Of a stretch of DNA of 64,000 nt, positions 11,963 to 23,825 are shown piece by piece. The position numbers and the translations under genes were made by a program. The notes below the pieces were generated by a model. It was not told the origin of the DNA. It saw only the letters and a list, made by a program, of their open reading frames with translations, and did not search any database. Position 1 is the first letter of the stretch. Each line of letters begins with the position of its first letter. Source of the stretch: Iphione sp. A-MEVVRFRX5 (lineage: Eukaryota); NCBI GenBank assembly GCA_976226885.1, contig OZ320316.1, positions 89,032,001 through 89,096,000 on the forward strand, given 5' to 3'.

Positions 11963-14512
11963 TTAATGCTTGGCGTTTTTGTAATATTTATTGTTCTTTT
12001 CCCTCTTGTCACCATGGACCCTCGCCATATCTTTTAACTTACTAGCAGATCGAGGGACATTACCTAAATCCATCCTCCGATATTCCCGTTCATCTCTATA
12101 CGGGGAGCTAGGCTGATCGCGACGTTGTTTCCCTTTTTCATGAACTGGAATAGGATTATAATATTGTCCGTGATAACGCTCGTCCATACGGGGGTCTTGA
12201 TGATAATTTTTCTTGGCGTCATGTCTATGTTTGTTCTTATTTTCATTCCGCCTTGAGGGTTGCACATCCTGTATGTGCGGGTTTCTGGATTCGGAGTATG
12301 CATTTTTCTTGGCACCACCAGGTGGCATTTCTGCTTCATGGTAATATTCACGATGGGGAGCCTCACGCATCGGAAGCACACCGTTGTCGGTCGTGCGTGG
12401 TAGTCTTTTATGTTTGGGCGGTAAAACCGTATAGAGAGCCTCTACGTGGCGTGGTGGCCCAGCATCCTGCTCGCGCTTGTCTGTGTTGGGTGGAAACAAT
12501 GAGTGACGAGCATCCTGGGCGACGTTCACGTGCCTCTTGTCTTCCCCACTCGGTGCACCTGCTCCATGCATCGGGTTTTCATTGCCGTCGGAAGCAATAC
12601 GTGAAGGTTGGCGCGCGTAGTACTGCTCGTCCTTGTTTGGGCCTCTGTCAGACCGGCTTTGGCCGTTTCTATCCCCAGGGATTTCTGCATAAAGAAGTCC
12701 CATGGAGTTCGCGTTTTCACCCGTGTCCCTCGTAAAATGTTGAGGCTCTGTACTTTGTCCAGCGCCATAACCAGCCCGCAATGCCTTCTCATTCTGCTGC
12801 TCAGGAATGCTCTCAGCAAACTCGGGTGCAGCCCTGGATAACTGCCCTAAGCATTCATAGGCAACACGGATTGTGGCAGGAAGGTTGGTGTTGTAAGCAA
12901 CATCGGGTTTAATCCTTTTACCACTTTGTTCGCCAGGCTTTAGGGTTCTGTCGTCTTGTTCATGAATATGATCTTCATGTCTTTCCTCTCCAACTTTAGG
13001 ATCATTCTGCTCTTTTGTATTGATGCTATCTTCCTGGGCGCTACCTGGCGCTTGAGAGGTTTCTTCCTTCGGGCTTTGCTTACCGGTTAGGCCCTCCTGG
13101 TTTTCACTTTTCACTTCAGGACCTGAATTCCTGGGATCGTTTTTGCCACTCAAAGGGTTGACGTTGGCATTAACCATATCTGTGAGTTCCTTCACTTCGT
13201 TTTGTTTGCTATTGTGTCCCAGTTGACTGTCACTCACTATTTCCGACTTTTCCCTCTTCTGTTCTTGCTTCTTACGGCCACTATCAGGATTAAAATTCAC
13301 AGAAGTATTGCTATCTGAAAATGACATCGTCTGTTCAAGTTTCTGACGGAGTTTTTCTACAATACCGCTTCCCTTGAGGTTTCCCACAGTTTTGTTCAAA
13401 GCACTGTTCGATCCATGTCTGTTTACCTCCTGTTCATTCGTGGCAAAAGCAGACCCAGGTTTGGGCGATATACCTGATGATTTCTCTACTTCTTTATCAA
13501 CCGTACTGCCAGTAAAATGGGGGACATCTTTTTTAGGAGGGAAGAATCCCATCCCCGGACGTTCTGGGGAAGGTGCGACAGGAAGTGAAACTAAAGGTGG
13601 GGATACACAGTCTTCTACAGATTCATCAATTTCCGCAGCACGACGGGGGAGAGAAACAGGAGAAGAAACTAAACTGGAACTCAAGCGTCGAATTCCATCA
13701 TCTGAGGCTGGCTTTGAAGCTGTAGGAAGATTCCCATTTCCCTCGTTTCCACAGGATGGGACTAACCTTTCGTCTACGACATGAGACTCCCTGGCGAATT
13801 CGTTTCCATTTCGTGGCTGCTGACACGGGATTCCGGTGTCAGGCTCAATACAGTGGGGACTTGAACAGCAGTCCACCTTCGGCTCATCGTCATGGATGTT
13901 TTCATCAGGTTGGGCCATGGCTACATTTCCTCCCACTGCATTACCGGCGGCAGGCGGGGAGATGTCGCTATTTGAGTCAGTCAGCGATACAGTAACAACA
14001 TGCGTCCCAGTAGTGCCACCTGTAGCCTGTTGTCTGCACTGGTCCGACTCGGCTTCAACACTCACGTCAGGAGGGGGCTCTTGAGGCTCATCCTCTCCCT
14101 GCGCTTGAGTATCGCCGGCGGAATGACTTTCGATGGCTGCTGACGTCCCGGGAATAGGACTGGGTGAGCGGCTCGTAGAAGAAGCAGTTTCTTGGGTTGG
14201 TTCCTCCGTATTCGCAATTTCCACCTCAGTAGCAGCCTCCTCTGCTTCGAGCGCTGCTGGCTCTGATTCAGGTGGAAGGGGAGTTCTACTACCACCGACA
14301 TTCCGATCGCTCCTACTGTGCTGCTCTCCCCCGGGTTCCTGACTGTTGGACGACAGGTAGGGAATAGCACCACGATGATGGGGGAAGGTTTGGTACGGCG
14401 GAGGGTCATCATACGGCGGCAACGTGGGCACATCAGGTGGTCGCGGGACAACGTCCGGTCCGGGGCCAAGAATCCCCTCGTCATCTTCTGTATCTGTTTG
14501 GTTGTTGTGACG
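11963..14512 (-). CDS. Gene 1 last coding exon (849 aa, low complexity, LPPY/PPPY motifs)
   Basis: Equals the 858-aa ORF minus its first 9 codons. Acceptor ttattttttgccag|CGT, phase 0. Stop TAA at 11963-11965. Confidence 0.92.
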   Translation of the reverse strand, partial: RHNNQTDTEDDEGILGPGPDVVPRPPDVPTLPPYDDPPPYQTFPHHRGAIPYLSSNSQEPGGEQHSRSDRNVGGSRTPLPPESEPAALEAEEAATEVEIANTEEPTQETASSTSRSPSPIPGTSAAIESHSAGDTQAQGEDEPQEPPPDVSVEAESDQCRQQATGGTTGTHVVTVSLTDSNSDISPPAAGNAVGGNVAMAQPDENIHDDEPKVDCCSSPHCIEPDTGIPCQQPRNGNEFARESHVVDERLVPSCGNEGNGNLPTASKPASDDGIRRLSSSLVSSPVSLPRRAAEIDESVEDCVSPPLVSLPVAPSPERPGMGFFPPKKDVPHFTGSTVDKEVEKSSGISPKPGSAFATNEQEVNRHGSNSALNKTVGNLKGSGIVEKLRQKLEQTMSFSDSNTSVNFNPDSGRKKQEQKREKSEIVSDSQLGHNSKQNEVKELTDMVNANVNPLSGKNDPRNSGPEVKSENQEGLTGKQSPKEETSQAPGSAQEDSINTKEQNDPKVGEERHEDHIHEQDDRTLKPGEQSGKRIKPDVAYNTNLPATIRVAYECLGQLSRAAPEFAESIPEQQNEKALRAGYGAGQSTEPQHFTRDTGENANSMGLLYAEIPGDRNGQSRSDRGPNKDEQYYARQPSRIASDGNENPMHGAGAPSGEDKRHVNVAQDARHSLFPPNTDKREQDAGPPRHVEALYTVLPPKHKRLPRTTDNGVLPMREAPHREYYHEAEMPPGGAKKNAYSESRNPHIQDVQPSRRNENKNKHRHDAKKNYHQDPRMDERYHGQYYNPIPVHEKGKQRRDQPSSPYRDEREYRRMDLGNVPRSASKLKDMARVHGDKREKNNKYYKNAKH

Positions 14513-17294
14513 CTGGCAAAAAATAATATATGGCATCAAAGTACGGTATATAGACGAGGAATCAAGACAAGCCTTGATCGAACAAGTTACATTTTAACTA
14601 GAACATGTCAATAAAATTAAAACGTTTCCCCGTACTGTAGAGAATTCCGATAAGAACCAGGGATGTCCGCATTTAGAGGAACCCATTGTACTAAATGTAA
14701 ATGTGATGCTCGGCGGAGTTTGACGGTATGCCCACTTGCATTATTCAGTTAAATTGATGGAGAACCTATTGAAGCCTCTTCGGGAAAGGAGCGGCTTTCA
14801 TAAATAATTCCTCAGCTCTCTAACGTTCTGCTGGATTTCTATGGAGATCAGAATAGGTACCGAACAAAACATTCTGATTCAAATGCAATTATACTCTCCA
14901 TCCAAGGTGACTAACAAGGAGTCCCTCTTCATGCACGCTACCGAATGTGGTGCTGCCACCTGACGTCAAAGTGCTGCAGTAACTACGCAGACTCATAATG
15001 TAGCCTCAGTTTATTGAAGATTGTCCATGGCATAATTTACCTGACCGTTATATTTTTGATAATCCCGCCAAAACAGTGAGAGCAGTTAATCTAGAGGGCC
15101 GTCATCTTTCACATTTTTAAATCCATCTACACACATATTTGTAATTGTCACCTACCGATTGACGCGTTGATCGTGTGGGTTGTCCTGAATTTGCCAGTTG
15201 TTGGAAATACGAAAGCACACATAGCAAACAGTACGTCTGTCAATAAAGAGAAGGTCAATATTGGTCAGTACTCATTAGATGGACGAAATCTTGAATAGGC
15301 GATGGAATTGAATTATTTGGGCTTTCCTATCACATTAATGTCCCAAGAGTTTCAAATAAAGTATCAATCACCAAATCTTACTCACTGTTATTATCAAATT
15401 GAGGGAGTGATACGCCAGCAACGAAATTTCCCAGGGTTCCAGATCCTAGAATGATAAATTGTCCATTATCATACAAACCAAAGGTGGTTGATAATACTGA
15501 TTGAGGAATTATATACGTACTTTCCGGTCTCTTTGTGTGTGATCAAGATTTGAGAGGGTACAGACTACAGTTTCATATAAATTATTTCTGCAAGTGCTGA
15601 CGCACAGCAAGTTCGAACAGTATTGTAAGCGTTTCTTGATCCGTGTTAATGGATTCTTAAATGATAAAACACTGTTGGATTTGTGGCGGTCGTCAACAGC
15701 CCCGAAACAGGTTAATGGCACAGTGCACGCTGATGTATTTTAAGTAACGATCATTCAAATATTGCCATGAAAGATTGGAAAGTACTCAGAATGTGTGGTA
15801 GTCACCTTCTGTCAATACCATTGGTATGGCCTTGTAATATATTTGTTATAAGTAGAGGTGGAATCATACCAAATAAACCACTTAAACAAAAGGATTACCT
15901 TTTAAATCAGAGCCTTCTTCTATTACCACATTCTAAAATGTAAATACTGTATCTAGAATATGTACTTCGCCAATATACTATGCTATCAAATACAGAGGCA
16001 ATTAGAGTTTCCCATCTTGTTATTCATTTAAATATTCATGTAAATGTTAGAGGGGGCCAGAACGACAATGTCCATCACATGGTTGTCGTGTAGCATCTTG
16101 TAATTGTTGTTATATATACCATTGTGGACTTATTTTGGAGTATGTATACGACAAGCCAGACCAGCATGACTGTCGCTGCCAGATGACATATGATGGTTTG
16201 GAGTAACCATGGAATGAGAAGCCAACGACAGCCCTGTAAATTAAACATATGAGGCATTGGCAACGGTCATCGGCTAGATAGGATGACAAACAACATTTGT
16301 TCGAAAGTATTTGAAAAGGATTTCACGAAAACGTACGTTATCATGCTTGAAAAACCAAAACTTTATTTTATCATACGAATAATTGCTAACACAGTGAATA
16401 GGAAGATGAAGAAAGTCTACGGATATATTAACACTGAAGTGGAAAACTCACTCTACAGTAAAATACTCATCGCATTTTTGTGTGATATCGTTGTAGGCAT
16501 AATTAATACGAAATTAAATAAGTGACAGATAGTATCATAAACTAATATATTACCCTATGCACCCCTACAATTAGGATGATTGACATGATCATAAGCAGCC
16601 CAAAAAGGCCAAAGCAGCAGTACGTAACGACGCCATGAACTGAAAAAAAACATTAGCAAACAATTTATCCTTTCTCCTTACACATATCTGCTTGCGTGCT
16701 ACCGTAAATAAGCTGGCAAAGTCGAGACTCTTCTGTAAAGATAGAAAGGGAATACTATCGAAAATTCTCTCCTTATATAACAAATATTCACTGCATTCTT
16801 ACATCCTTGTTTGTCCACCATTAACGTCAGAAGAAAACTGTACTTTTGATGTATTAATATGTACCGGGAAACATATATACATCTATATACATTGCCGGTG
16901 TTGTCAGAAGTACTTGATACTCATACTTACTGAGTGATGCTTCTACTTTTCTATAACCGATATTGCGTATGAGGAGAAGAGCAATGAAAAATGCTGACGA
17001 CAGCTACATGAAAATATAACAAAACATACCGTTATTGTTTACACTCAGGTATAAATAGAAGAGATGGAGATGGAACACGCTTAGTTACCCTTTTATCCCT
17101 GTCTGGACAGCACTTCTAAATACAAAGGGACCCCGAAACGAGAGAAGAGGGAAAATGAAACAGATTCATCTATCTGTCCATCTATGTGAAATAGATATTG
17201 TCTCTATAAACGTTATCGTAAAGCGTATGTCTCAAGAAGGTTTGTAGAATTTAAAAGGATGCGTGCTTTTGTGTGTGCAAGAGAGAGGGGGGGG

Positions 17295-17343
<49 letters not shown>

Positions 17344-19810
17344 GTGAGTGACGTATTGGTGAAAAAATGGATCGAGGGGTTAAAATGGCCATGTGACCAG
17401 GGTATGTTGAACCAATAAAAATGAAGCATAGAATGTAAAAGATACAGTGTAACTAGATGTGTATAGAATGATTCTGACAAATCACCGGGCACTTTCCTGC
17501 TATGTACATTGCGTCAAGCTTATATGGCCAGTTGAGGTACATGAGTGGTAGTTATCACTTGTGACAATGTATCTACATGTATACATAACTGATTACATTT
17601 GTGGCACCATGGCTAAGCAAAGCTGGTCTTGGTGCTGTGACCAACACCCACTCTACAGTACAGTGGTCCAATAATTAGATGGTCTTGGAGTGTGAAAAAA
17701 TGGGCAATCATGTGGTTTTCTAGTTAGGTAGGCTTCTATCCGGTAGTCAAGCAGTCTGGAAGTCACATTGGAGCAGTCAGGAGACTAGGTAGGCAGACAG
17801 TAAGGTGTAGTCCAACGGACAAATAGTCTGGTAGCTTTTTAGTCTAAGAGAATACATCTGATCGAGCTGGTAGTGTAGTGGTAGAGGGTGGGCATAGGCA
17901 ATAATTTAGGCATAGGAACTCAGTTTTAACTTCCGCATTGCTGCGAAACGCCTGAATCAAATTTACACGGAAGTGATAGAAATTAAAAAGAAATAAGTGA
18001 CTGCATTTGAGAATACTAGATGGACAGATCTAAAATGAGCAGAACAGAGAGGAACGTCAGCCGCTGTAAAAATCAGGTAACAGTTGTCTTGGACACTACA
18101 AGATTGCGTTCCATGTAGCGTTCGAAGATTATGAAATATTTCATGGACTTCATGCTACGGATATAAAAGAAACATTAGTCCTCTATTAAAAAGTATCGTT
18201 GTATATGAAGATCTTTGGGAAAAAAGTACACAGAAAAATGCGGCTTTTTTTTTAGATATTTTGAAATTCACATCAATATAATCTCTTTAATATTGAGGGA
18301 ACATTCGTGAGGTATGCTGCAAACCACATTTAAAGACAGCTCGGACATTATACCGTGATGTAAAAGTGTTTATATCCAAGTAAAATGATTGCTAATCAAG
18401 CTAAAATATTCGTAAGATAGGATCTGTCAGATATATTCCCGTTAATTGCGGGGATTGTGTCTATTAATCCACTGTGGGGCTGCAGTTACGGCCAGAAAAG
18501 CATTGGCCAGAAAACTAATTTGAGGTAGATATGGTCTACTTGTCATGTGGGACATGCAAGAACCAGTCCAGTACCTTTGGTGGAAATTCCTTTTCCCTGG
18601 GGTACCTTTACTGTTAATAATGCCGATCTTTAGAATTTTCTAAAATTCAATAAAGTATGCTTCAATAAAGTACAGAGGATTTAAAATGGTTCACCCATTG
18701 TATCCAGATATATGTTTCATGCAGTTGTAACTGAATTGGTATTTGCCTCTCTTTTAAGCGAGTTGTAGGCTTTGTCGGTTGCAAAATTGTATTTTCATTA
18801 ATCAGATGAAATGAAATGGAAACGCAGTCGATCCTTCACTGCCACGGGCACTTTCCTGTCACGGCGACTCGCCTTACATTTAGTTTTTAATAGTCAGCTA
18901 TGGAACAACAGGATTCTTCATAACCGTATGACTCATAGCTGCCGTACGTCTTTAAAACAGCGCCTCTGAACATGTATATGCTTTCTTCACTATATGTAGC
19001 TACAGCAGCCGTTTGTTCTGAACCTATTGTATAGTTTCTGGAAGAAACTAAACAGTTTAATGTTGGCTCTGCTTTCTGATACGCGATGTGAGTTTAGCTG
19101 ACAGGGTAGTGATAAGCTCCTCCACACTGGTATGCTATTTTTGTTGCAGTGTTACAGATGTAACCATTCGGGTTACCCTAAGGGATCATCATAGTATAAC
19201 ATAAACTAACAGGAATAAATGGTAACAGGGTGTCGTTTGTCTCTGTATCTACCGCTACCTTGGTATATATTTGGAATATAAACACGGCATTGGATATATG
19301 ATTAATCATGACGAGGGAATAAACTTCGAGAAATTTTGTTAGATTAGTCCAATAGGACTTTAAACAGTTAACACTGGAGTAAAAGTGGGTACTTTCATCA
19401 ACGATTGTTTTGCACTTTTTTGCACGAGTTTCTTATTTGTATATATTGTAGTTGACTTGCCCTCAATTCACCCGAGCGTGTAATGGCAGCGGCGTCGCGA
19501 CTCTACAGGGAAACCTTTACCTGCACTCCACAGCGGCCCCATATACACATTCAAATATCTGAACGTGTTATTTGTTACACCGCAACATATTGTTGTTGAC
19601 AAAAATATAGTTATATAGCTATCAAGGCAAATCTAAATCTGCTATTCGATGTTCACTATACGGTGCCATTGATTAGGAGGTCAGGTAAGGGAGGTGCAAT
19701 CGTAAGAATTCCGTGACACATGAAAAGATGCTTACCAGACTGTAGGTGGCTACAAACATAGAACCACCACGCAAGTCGCAGCAAAAGCAGAACCTTTTCA
19801 TGACTGTCAT
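11963..19810 (-). CDS. Gene 1: LAPTM/DUF4728-like 4-TM protein with an 849-aa disordered, PY-motif C-terminal tail (1012 aa, 7 coding exons)
   Basis: Exons (minus): 19810-19736, 17003-16931, 16639-16554, 16233-16120, 15445-15386, 15236-15156, 14512-11963. All introns are GT..AG with compatible phases; 3039 nt in total. Spliced N-terminus: MTVMKRFCFCCDLRGGSMFVATYSLLSSAFFIALLLIR...LLMIMSIILIVGVHRGCRWLLIPWLLQ...YHSLNLIITTYCLLCVLSYFQQL. The Cys-rich start, G..x.RWLLIPW and YCLLCV.S motifs are typical of this family, from my recall of it. Confidence 0.88.
15156..15236 (-). CDS. Gene 1 exon 6 (TYCLLCVLSYFQQLANSGQPTRSTRQS)
   Basis: ttctctttattgacag|ACG ... TCG|gtaggt; 81 nt, phases 0/0. Confidence 0.88.
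15386..15445 (-). CDS. Gene 1 exon 5 (DLEPWEISLLAYHSLNLIIT)
   Basis: tttatcattctag|GAT ... ACA|gtgagt; 60 nt, same length as the paralogous exon in gene 2. Confidence 0.87.
16120..16233 (-). CDS. Gene 1 exon 4, TM3 (GCRWLLIPWLLQTIICHLAATVMLVWLVVYILQNKSTM)
   Basis: tttaatttacag|GGC ... ATG|gtatat; 114 nt. Confidence 0.87.
16554..16639 (-). CDS. Gene 1 exon 3, TM2 (HGVVTYCCFGLFGLLMIMSIILIVGVHR)
   Basis: gttttttttcag|TT CAT ... AGG|gtaata; 86 nt, phases 1/0. Confidence 0.88.
16931..17003 (-). CDS. Gene 1 exon 2, TM1 (LSSAFFIALLLIRNIGYRKVEASL)
   Basis: ttatattttcatgtag|CTG ... CTC A|gtaagt; 73 nt, phases 0/1. Confidence 0.88.
17281..17339. repeat. (GA)n microsatellite with G run, intronic
   Basis: Visible tract. 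Confidence 0.95.
19736..19810 (-). CDS. Gene 1 first coding exon (MTVMKRFCFCCDLRGGSMFVATYSL)
   Basis: Acceptor ttttcgccag| at 19837/19838, ATG at 19810, donor CTG|gtaagc. The frame is also open from the acceptor, so an upstream start cannot be excluded. Confidence 0.85.
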
Positions 19811-21171
19811 CTTGAAGAAGGCCTTGTTATCATTCGCCTGGCGAAAATCCGATACAGGTAGTCATAGCGATAGTACACTCTGTCTCACACGACCTTCTTG
19901 TAGTCAGGTATCTCGAGATGTCCTTTGATGCGCCCTACATATCGCAGGCGGCCACACCAGACACGGTTCGATTGGTAAGTGTGTAACATGCAATGTGGAT
20001 AGGTGGGGATCGACATAATGCTGTCGTGACGACCATAGGATATATATATACACGAATGTATATAAAATGTTTGCATCCATTACTAATGATTGCCTAGAGA
20101 TTCGAACATTCCACTAACCGAGCTAAAGGAGGTCATGTGTGTTCTGATAGGTAAGACATTATTTAAGTGTTCTACTTTCTACATCCTTCGTAGAAAAAGG
20201 TGTAGGTCTAATTTAATTATTACCGTCATGGTTGATCCCCTTTACACATATATTAACATATCCATGTAATAAAATATGCAGCTAGGGAGAAACAGTTTCT
20301 TAAATGAAAAGATTTTCAGGGTACATTGATATTAGAATATACCGTATATTTAGTCCTCTCGTTATCTTGAAATACTATTCAACATCATTAACTTGTCTTT
20401 ATTCAAAATGCCTCCTATATATATTTATACAATAAATGCATATACATGCACACATGTTCTCATTTTGTCCTGATAACCATCTACCAACGTCATGACAAAC
20501 CAAGTCCTCAGGGCAAAATGTGAACACAAGTGCTGAGTGCAGTGACCCCTCACTATAGTACCACATGCTGGTTCCAGCGTTTTATGTCTCCAAGAATAAA
20601 GCTTTTGAATAGCTGGGGTTTTTCATTTTCTCAATCATCCTTTAGCAAAGGTTTATTCTTTTTATAGAGTTTTGTCATATACAAAGTGACCTAGAATGGA
20701 TAAGGACACCTTGAAGGAAGTGTGTCCCTTACATATAAAGAGGGCAATCCATGTGTGAGCTCTGGAATCGCACATACATATCAGAATGTTCGAAAAATCC
20801 TTCAAATTTTGTTGCTGTGGTAACCAAATTTTTAATGTTATGTAGATATGGTCATTTGCACCTTTCTTTACATGTCCATATAATAATTGAAAGAGCTTCT
20901 TCGTGAAAAATAGAAATGCAGTTTCTCAAGACTAAATTTCTACTTTATATGTTTTAGTTCTTTCAAATAATTATTCAGCATTTTATCGCGACTGACTCGA
21001 CTGACTCGATTTTATTGATAAGAACTTTGTAAAATTCATTTCACTAGTCAATTCTGGATTTATAAATATTATCTTTATTTCATACACACCGTGGTTTGCC
21101 AATGGTCACTGGTTCGAACACACTGGTCATTAATACCTCAATAACGTTTGCTATGATTATAGCAATTAGAT

Positions 21172-21657
21172 CTACTCTTTGGTGACAGATGATCCTTCAG
21201 CCACCATAGGGTTTCGGTATACTAAAGCTGCTCTTCGTCTATTGCCCGTGGAGATCCCACTTTCATTCTCATCCCAGACGATTGTCCCGTGGCGTATACG
21301 AGTCTCACCCTCGTTACCGTCCATTCCTCTCCGACAATTGCACTCACAATCTACATCATGCTGCTCCTTCAGAAATGTCACCTCCTCAGCTGAGCCATCC
21401 AAATCCACGTCGTTCGGAATTTTCTTGCAGTCGCAATTATTGTCCACATCGCATTCCACAATGACTCTAGAGCTACACCCTGGTGGTAACCGCGGGCTTT
21501 CTGCCTCGCCGTACGGAGGCGGCACAGTCTCATATGGCGGAGGGAGAGACGTCAGAACTATCACAGTATTTGGGTGAATACTTGGATTGGATGATTCCAT
21601 GAAAGCTGACCCCATGATCGTAATCAAATCCTTTTGCAAGCGAGGCCTTCTTTCGCA
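21172..21657 (-). CDS. Gene 2 last coding exon (161 aa, PPPY x2, Cys clusters)
   Basis: ttacatttgacag|TGC, phase 0. Matches the 155-aa ORF extended to the acceptor. AATAAA on the minus strand at 21079-21074. Confidence 0.88.
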   Translation of the reverse strand, partial: CERRPRLQKDLITIMGSAFMESSNPSIHPNTVIVLTSLPPPYETVPPPYGEAESPRLPPGCSSRVIVECDVDNNCDCKKIPNDVDLDGSAEEVTFLKEQHDVDCECNCRRGMDGNEGETRIRHGTIVWDENESGISTGNRRRAALVYRNPMVAEGSSVTKE

Positions 21658-23825
21658 CTGTCAAATGTAATTAATGAAAGGGACTGTTGAACAAATACAT
21701 TTATAAATTCATGTCATTGTGATTCGAATGCGCTGAGGTATACGAGATATTTGAGGACTAGTTTCGTCACAGACATATTACCTATTTTTAATCTCTGAAT
21801 TCTTCTATTTTCCTATTAATACTTACATGTTCTGGGCTTGGGAAAACATATGTACAAGGTGTGTCCTCTGCAAGTCTTATGTTCCTATACCTCCATGCAA
21901 CACATATTAGGCAATAAATCTGTGAAGAGTGCACAATCAATGACAAATAGGACATAATTCTTTCTTGATAAAGAGCATACAATCTAAGTATTATAACATC
22001 ATCAACTTTTGAGTGAAACAATATTTACCTGTGATTAACAGTAAGATTACATGACCACACCAAGCCACCTATAAATTGACCTACAAATTGTGTTGAGAGA
22101 AACGAGTTGATGTTTATCATCACATTTTCTCAGTACTTTCAAACGATCAGACGCATTATAAAGTTTGGAACTCATCAAACTTAGTTTGTTCAGTTTTAGC
22201 GTTAGGTTTTGCGATACTTACGTTTATTGTTGTTCGTACAGCATAAAAAAGTGAACAAAAAACATCCCATCGCCGAAATCCCTATAAAGGTAATCGGAAT
22301 AAAAAGATTGTGTCATCATCTGCATATGCATGATTGGTTCAAAAATGATTTTCCATGTGCATGTTTATGTTTTATTCTATAGAAACGTAGTTGTTTCGAA
22401 AGAATGGCTATTTTGTACCTTTTGCTTATGTTTTGACGCACTAAAATACAGTAGTACGGCCAGGCATTCATACATCATCACTACAAAGGTCCACGCAACC
22501 CACGGAAAGAATGTCCCTCTGCGGTCCTAAAAGGAAATAGATTTTAATGTGAATCGGAGTCGATCTTGTAAAAGTCTACTTAGTACTATCAGTGTATCAT
22601 TTCATTTCCATTGCATCACCATGTAGTTTATTTTGACAGAACTAAGTACAATCAGTGCGAAGAGTAGCTACGTATTTTTATTTGTTGTATAACTGCATTA
22701 TTGTTAGAGACTAGAGTGACGAAGATGAGATATTATAAGTCTTTATATTTATATATATATGAACCTATGGGTGTATGAATAGTAGGAGGCCGTTTAAAGT
22801 CATTGGAGTTATTTCACAATATTTAACAGGAGTTCGGTCGTTGTCTGCAATAGCAAGATGTTCCATTAAATACAGAAAGCAAAACAAGTTTGGTACTGGC
22901 TTATTTATGCATCTTGTGTCTGATGATATCAGAAAGTTAGCGTTTTTGATTGAATTTCAGAACTTAGTTACTGAATAGTCATCGTTTGACATTGCCCGAG
23001 CTACATATGAAATTGTAGTCCGCTGTCTTGTGAGCCAGAAAGTTGTCACATACTGCGAGCTCTCATTTCACCAAAGCTTATATCAGAATGGTCGATGTGG
23101 AACGTGCAACCCTCTGCAAGTCGCAGTGGATAGAGGCAGGCAGGACGACAGACGGAACATTCTTAGAGCAAGTCCCATACATGTATATGTGCCCCTCGTG
23201 CCTTGATTATCTATTTGTCACAGCATGACGTTAAATGGAATACTGTCAGCACTTGCCATGCATCTCATCTCAGAGGAAATGTTGCTGTCAACTCCTGGAT
23301 TTTTTTTCGCATAACAAGATAAATATCACTGGCAGTGTCGCTGCTGTAGTGAAAAGTGTACTCACCAAGTTGGCTCCAGCAAGAAGGACAAACGAGACAA
23401 TTATATGAATACTGTATATTGCTAGCGATCCGTAGCTCAGTGCTGAGACATCTGAAAATAGACTATTTCGGTTACTGCATATCGACACTACCACACTATT
23501 TCTGTGAATTTGGTCTATTATGTCGGGTTGAATAGCGCATTGCAATCAATTTGATAGGAAATGATTTACAAGTCATCCTAACTAAAATATCACTCAATTT
23601 CGTTCAAGGAGGAATAGATGATTTAAGAAAGAAAACGTTTACTTCATGTCTAGTATTCTTTTAGTCGCAAATGAATAATAACTGAAGGGTGGTAATGGTC
23701 ATGCCGATTTTACCCAATGATATCTTCTGCTGCAACATATCAATCACCGTACCTGAATGTATCTCGACATCTACCTTGGTAGTGAATCGCAACAGCATCA
23801 TTGACATGCATACTACAGCCGTAAA
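21172..23825 (-). CDS. Gene 2: tandem paralog, LAPTM/DUF4728-like 4-TM protein with PY motifs (at least 301 aa; first coding exon not located)
   Basis: Exons (minus): 23825-23753, 23451-23366, 22526-22419, 22281-22222, 21919-21827, 21657-21172. All GT..AG, in phase; 906 nt. Motifs LLAGANL-DRRGTFFPWVAW, IYCLICV and LPPPYETVPPPY. Exon lengths 73/86/108/60/93 versus 73/86/114/60/81 in gene 1. Confidence 0.85.
21827..21919 (-). CDS. Gene 2 exon (IYCLICVAWRYRNIRLAEDTPCTYVFPSPEH)
   Basis: actcttcacag|ATT ... CAT|gtaagt; 93 nt. Confidence 0.87.
22222..22281 (-). CDS. Gene 2 exon (GFRRWDVFCSLFYAVRTTIN)
   Basis: ttacctttatag|GGA ... AAC|gtaagt; 60 nt. Confidence 0.86.
22419..22526 (-). CDS. Gene 2 exon, TM3 (DRRGTFFPWVAWTFVVMMYECLAVLLYFSASKHKQK)
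   Basis: ctatttccttttag|GAC ... AAG|gtacaa; 108 nt. Confidence 0.86.
23366..23451 (-). CDS. Gene 2 exon, TM2 (VSALSYGSLAIYSIHIIVSFVLLAGANL)
   Basis: ctattttcag|AT GTC ... TTG|gtgagt; 86 nt, phases 1/0. Confidence 0.87.
23753..23825 (-). CDS. Gene 2 exon, TM1 (FTAVVCMSMMLLRFTTKVDVEIHS)
   Basis: ttttttcattgctttcag|TTT ... TCA G|gtacgg; 73 nt, phases 0/1. Confidence 0.85.

Noticed and set aside
12064-14614. Many 69-160 aa ORFs overlapping the 858-aa ORF
   Set aside because: Shadow frames of the gene 1 last exon.
15521-15655. Possible extra phase-0 exon in gene 1 (NPLTRIKK...RDRK)
   Set aside because: It is AG/GT-bounded and open, but would insert 45 polar residues between TM3 and TM4 and has no counterpart in gene 2. 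It could still be a minor cassette exon.
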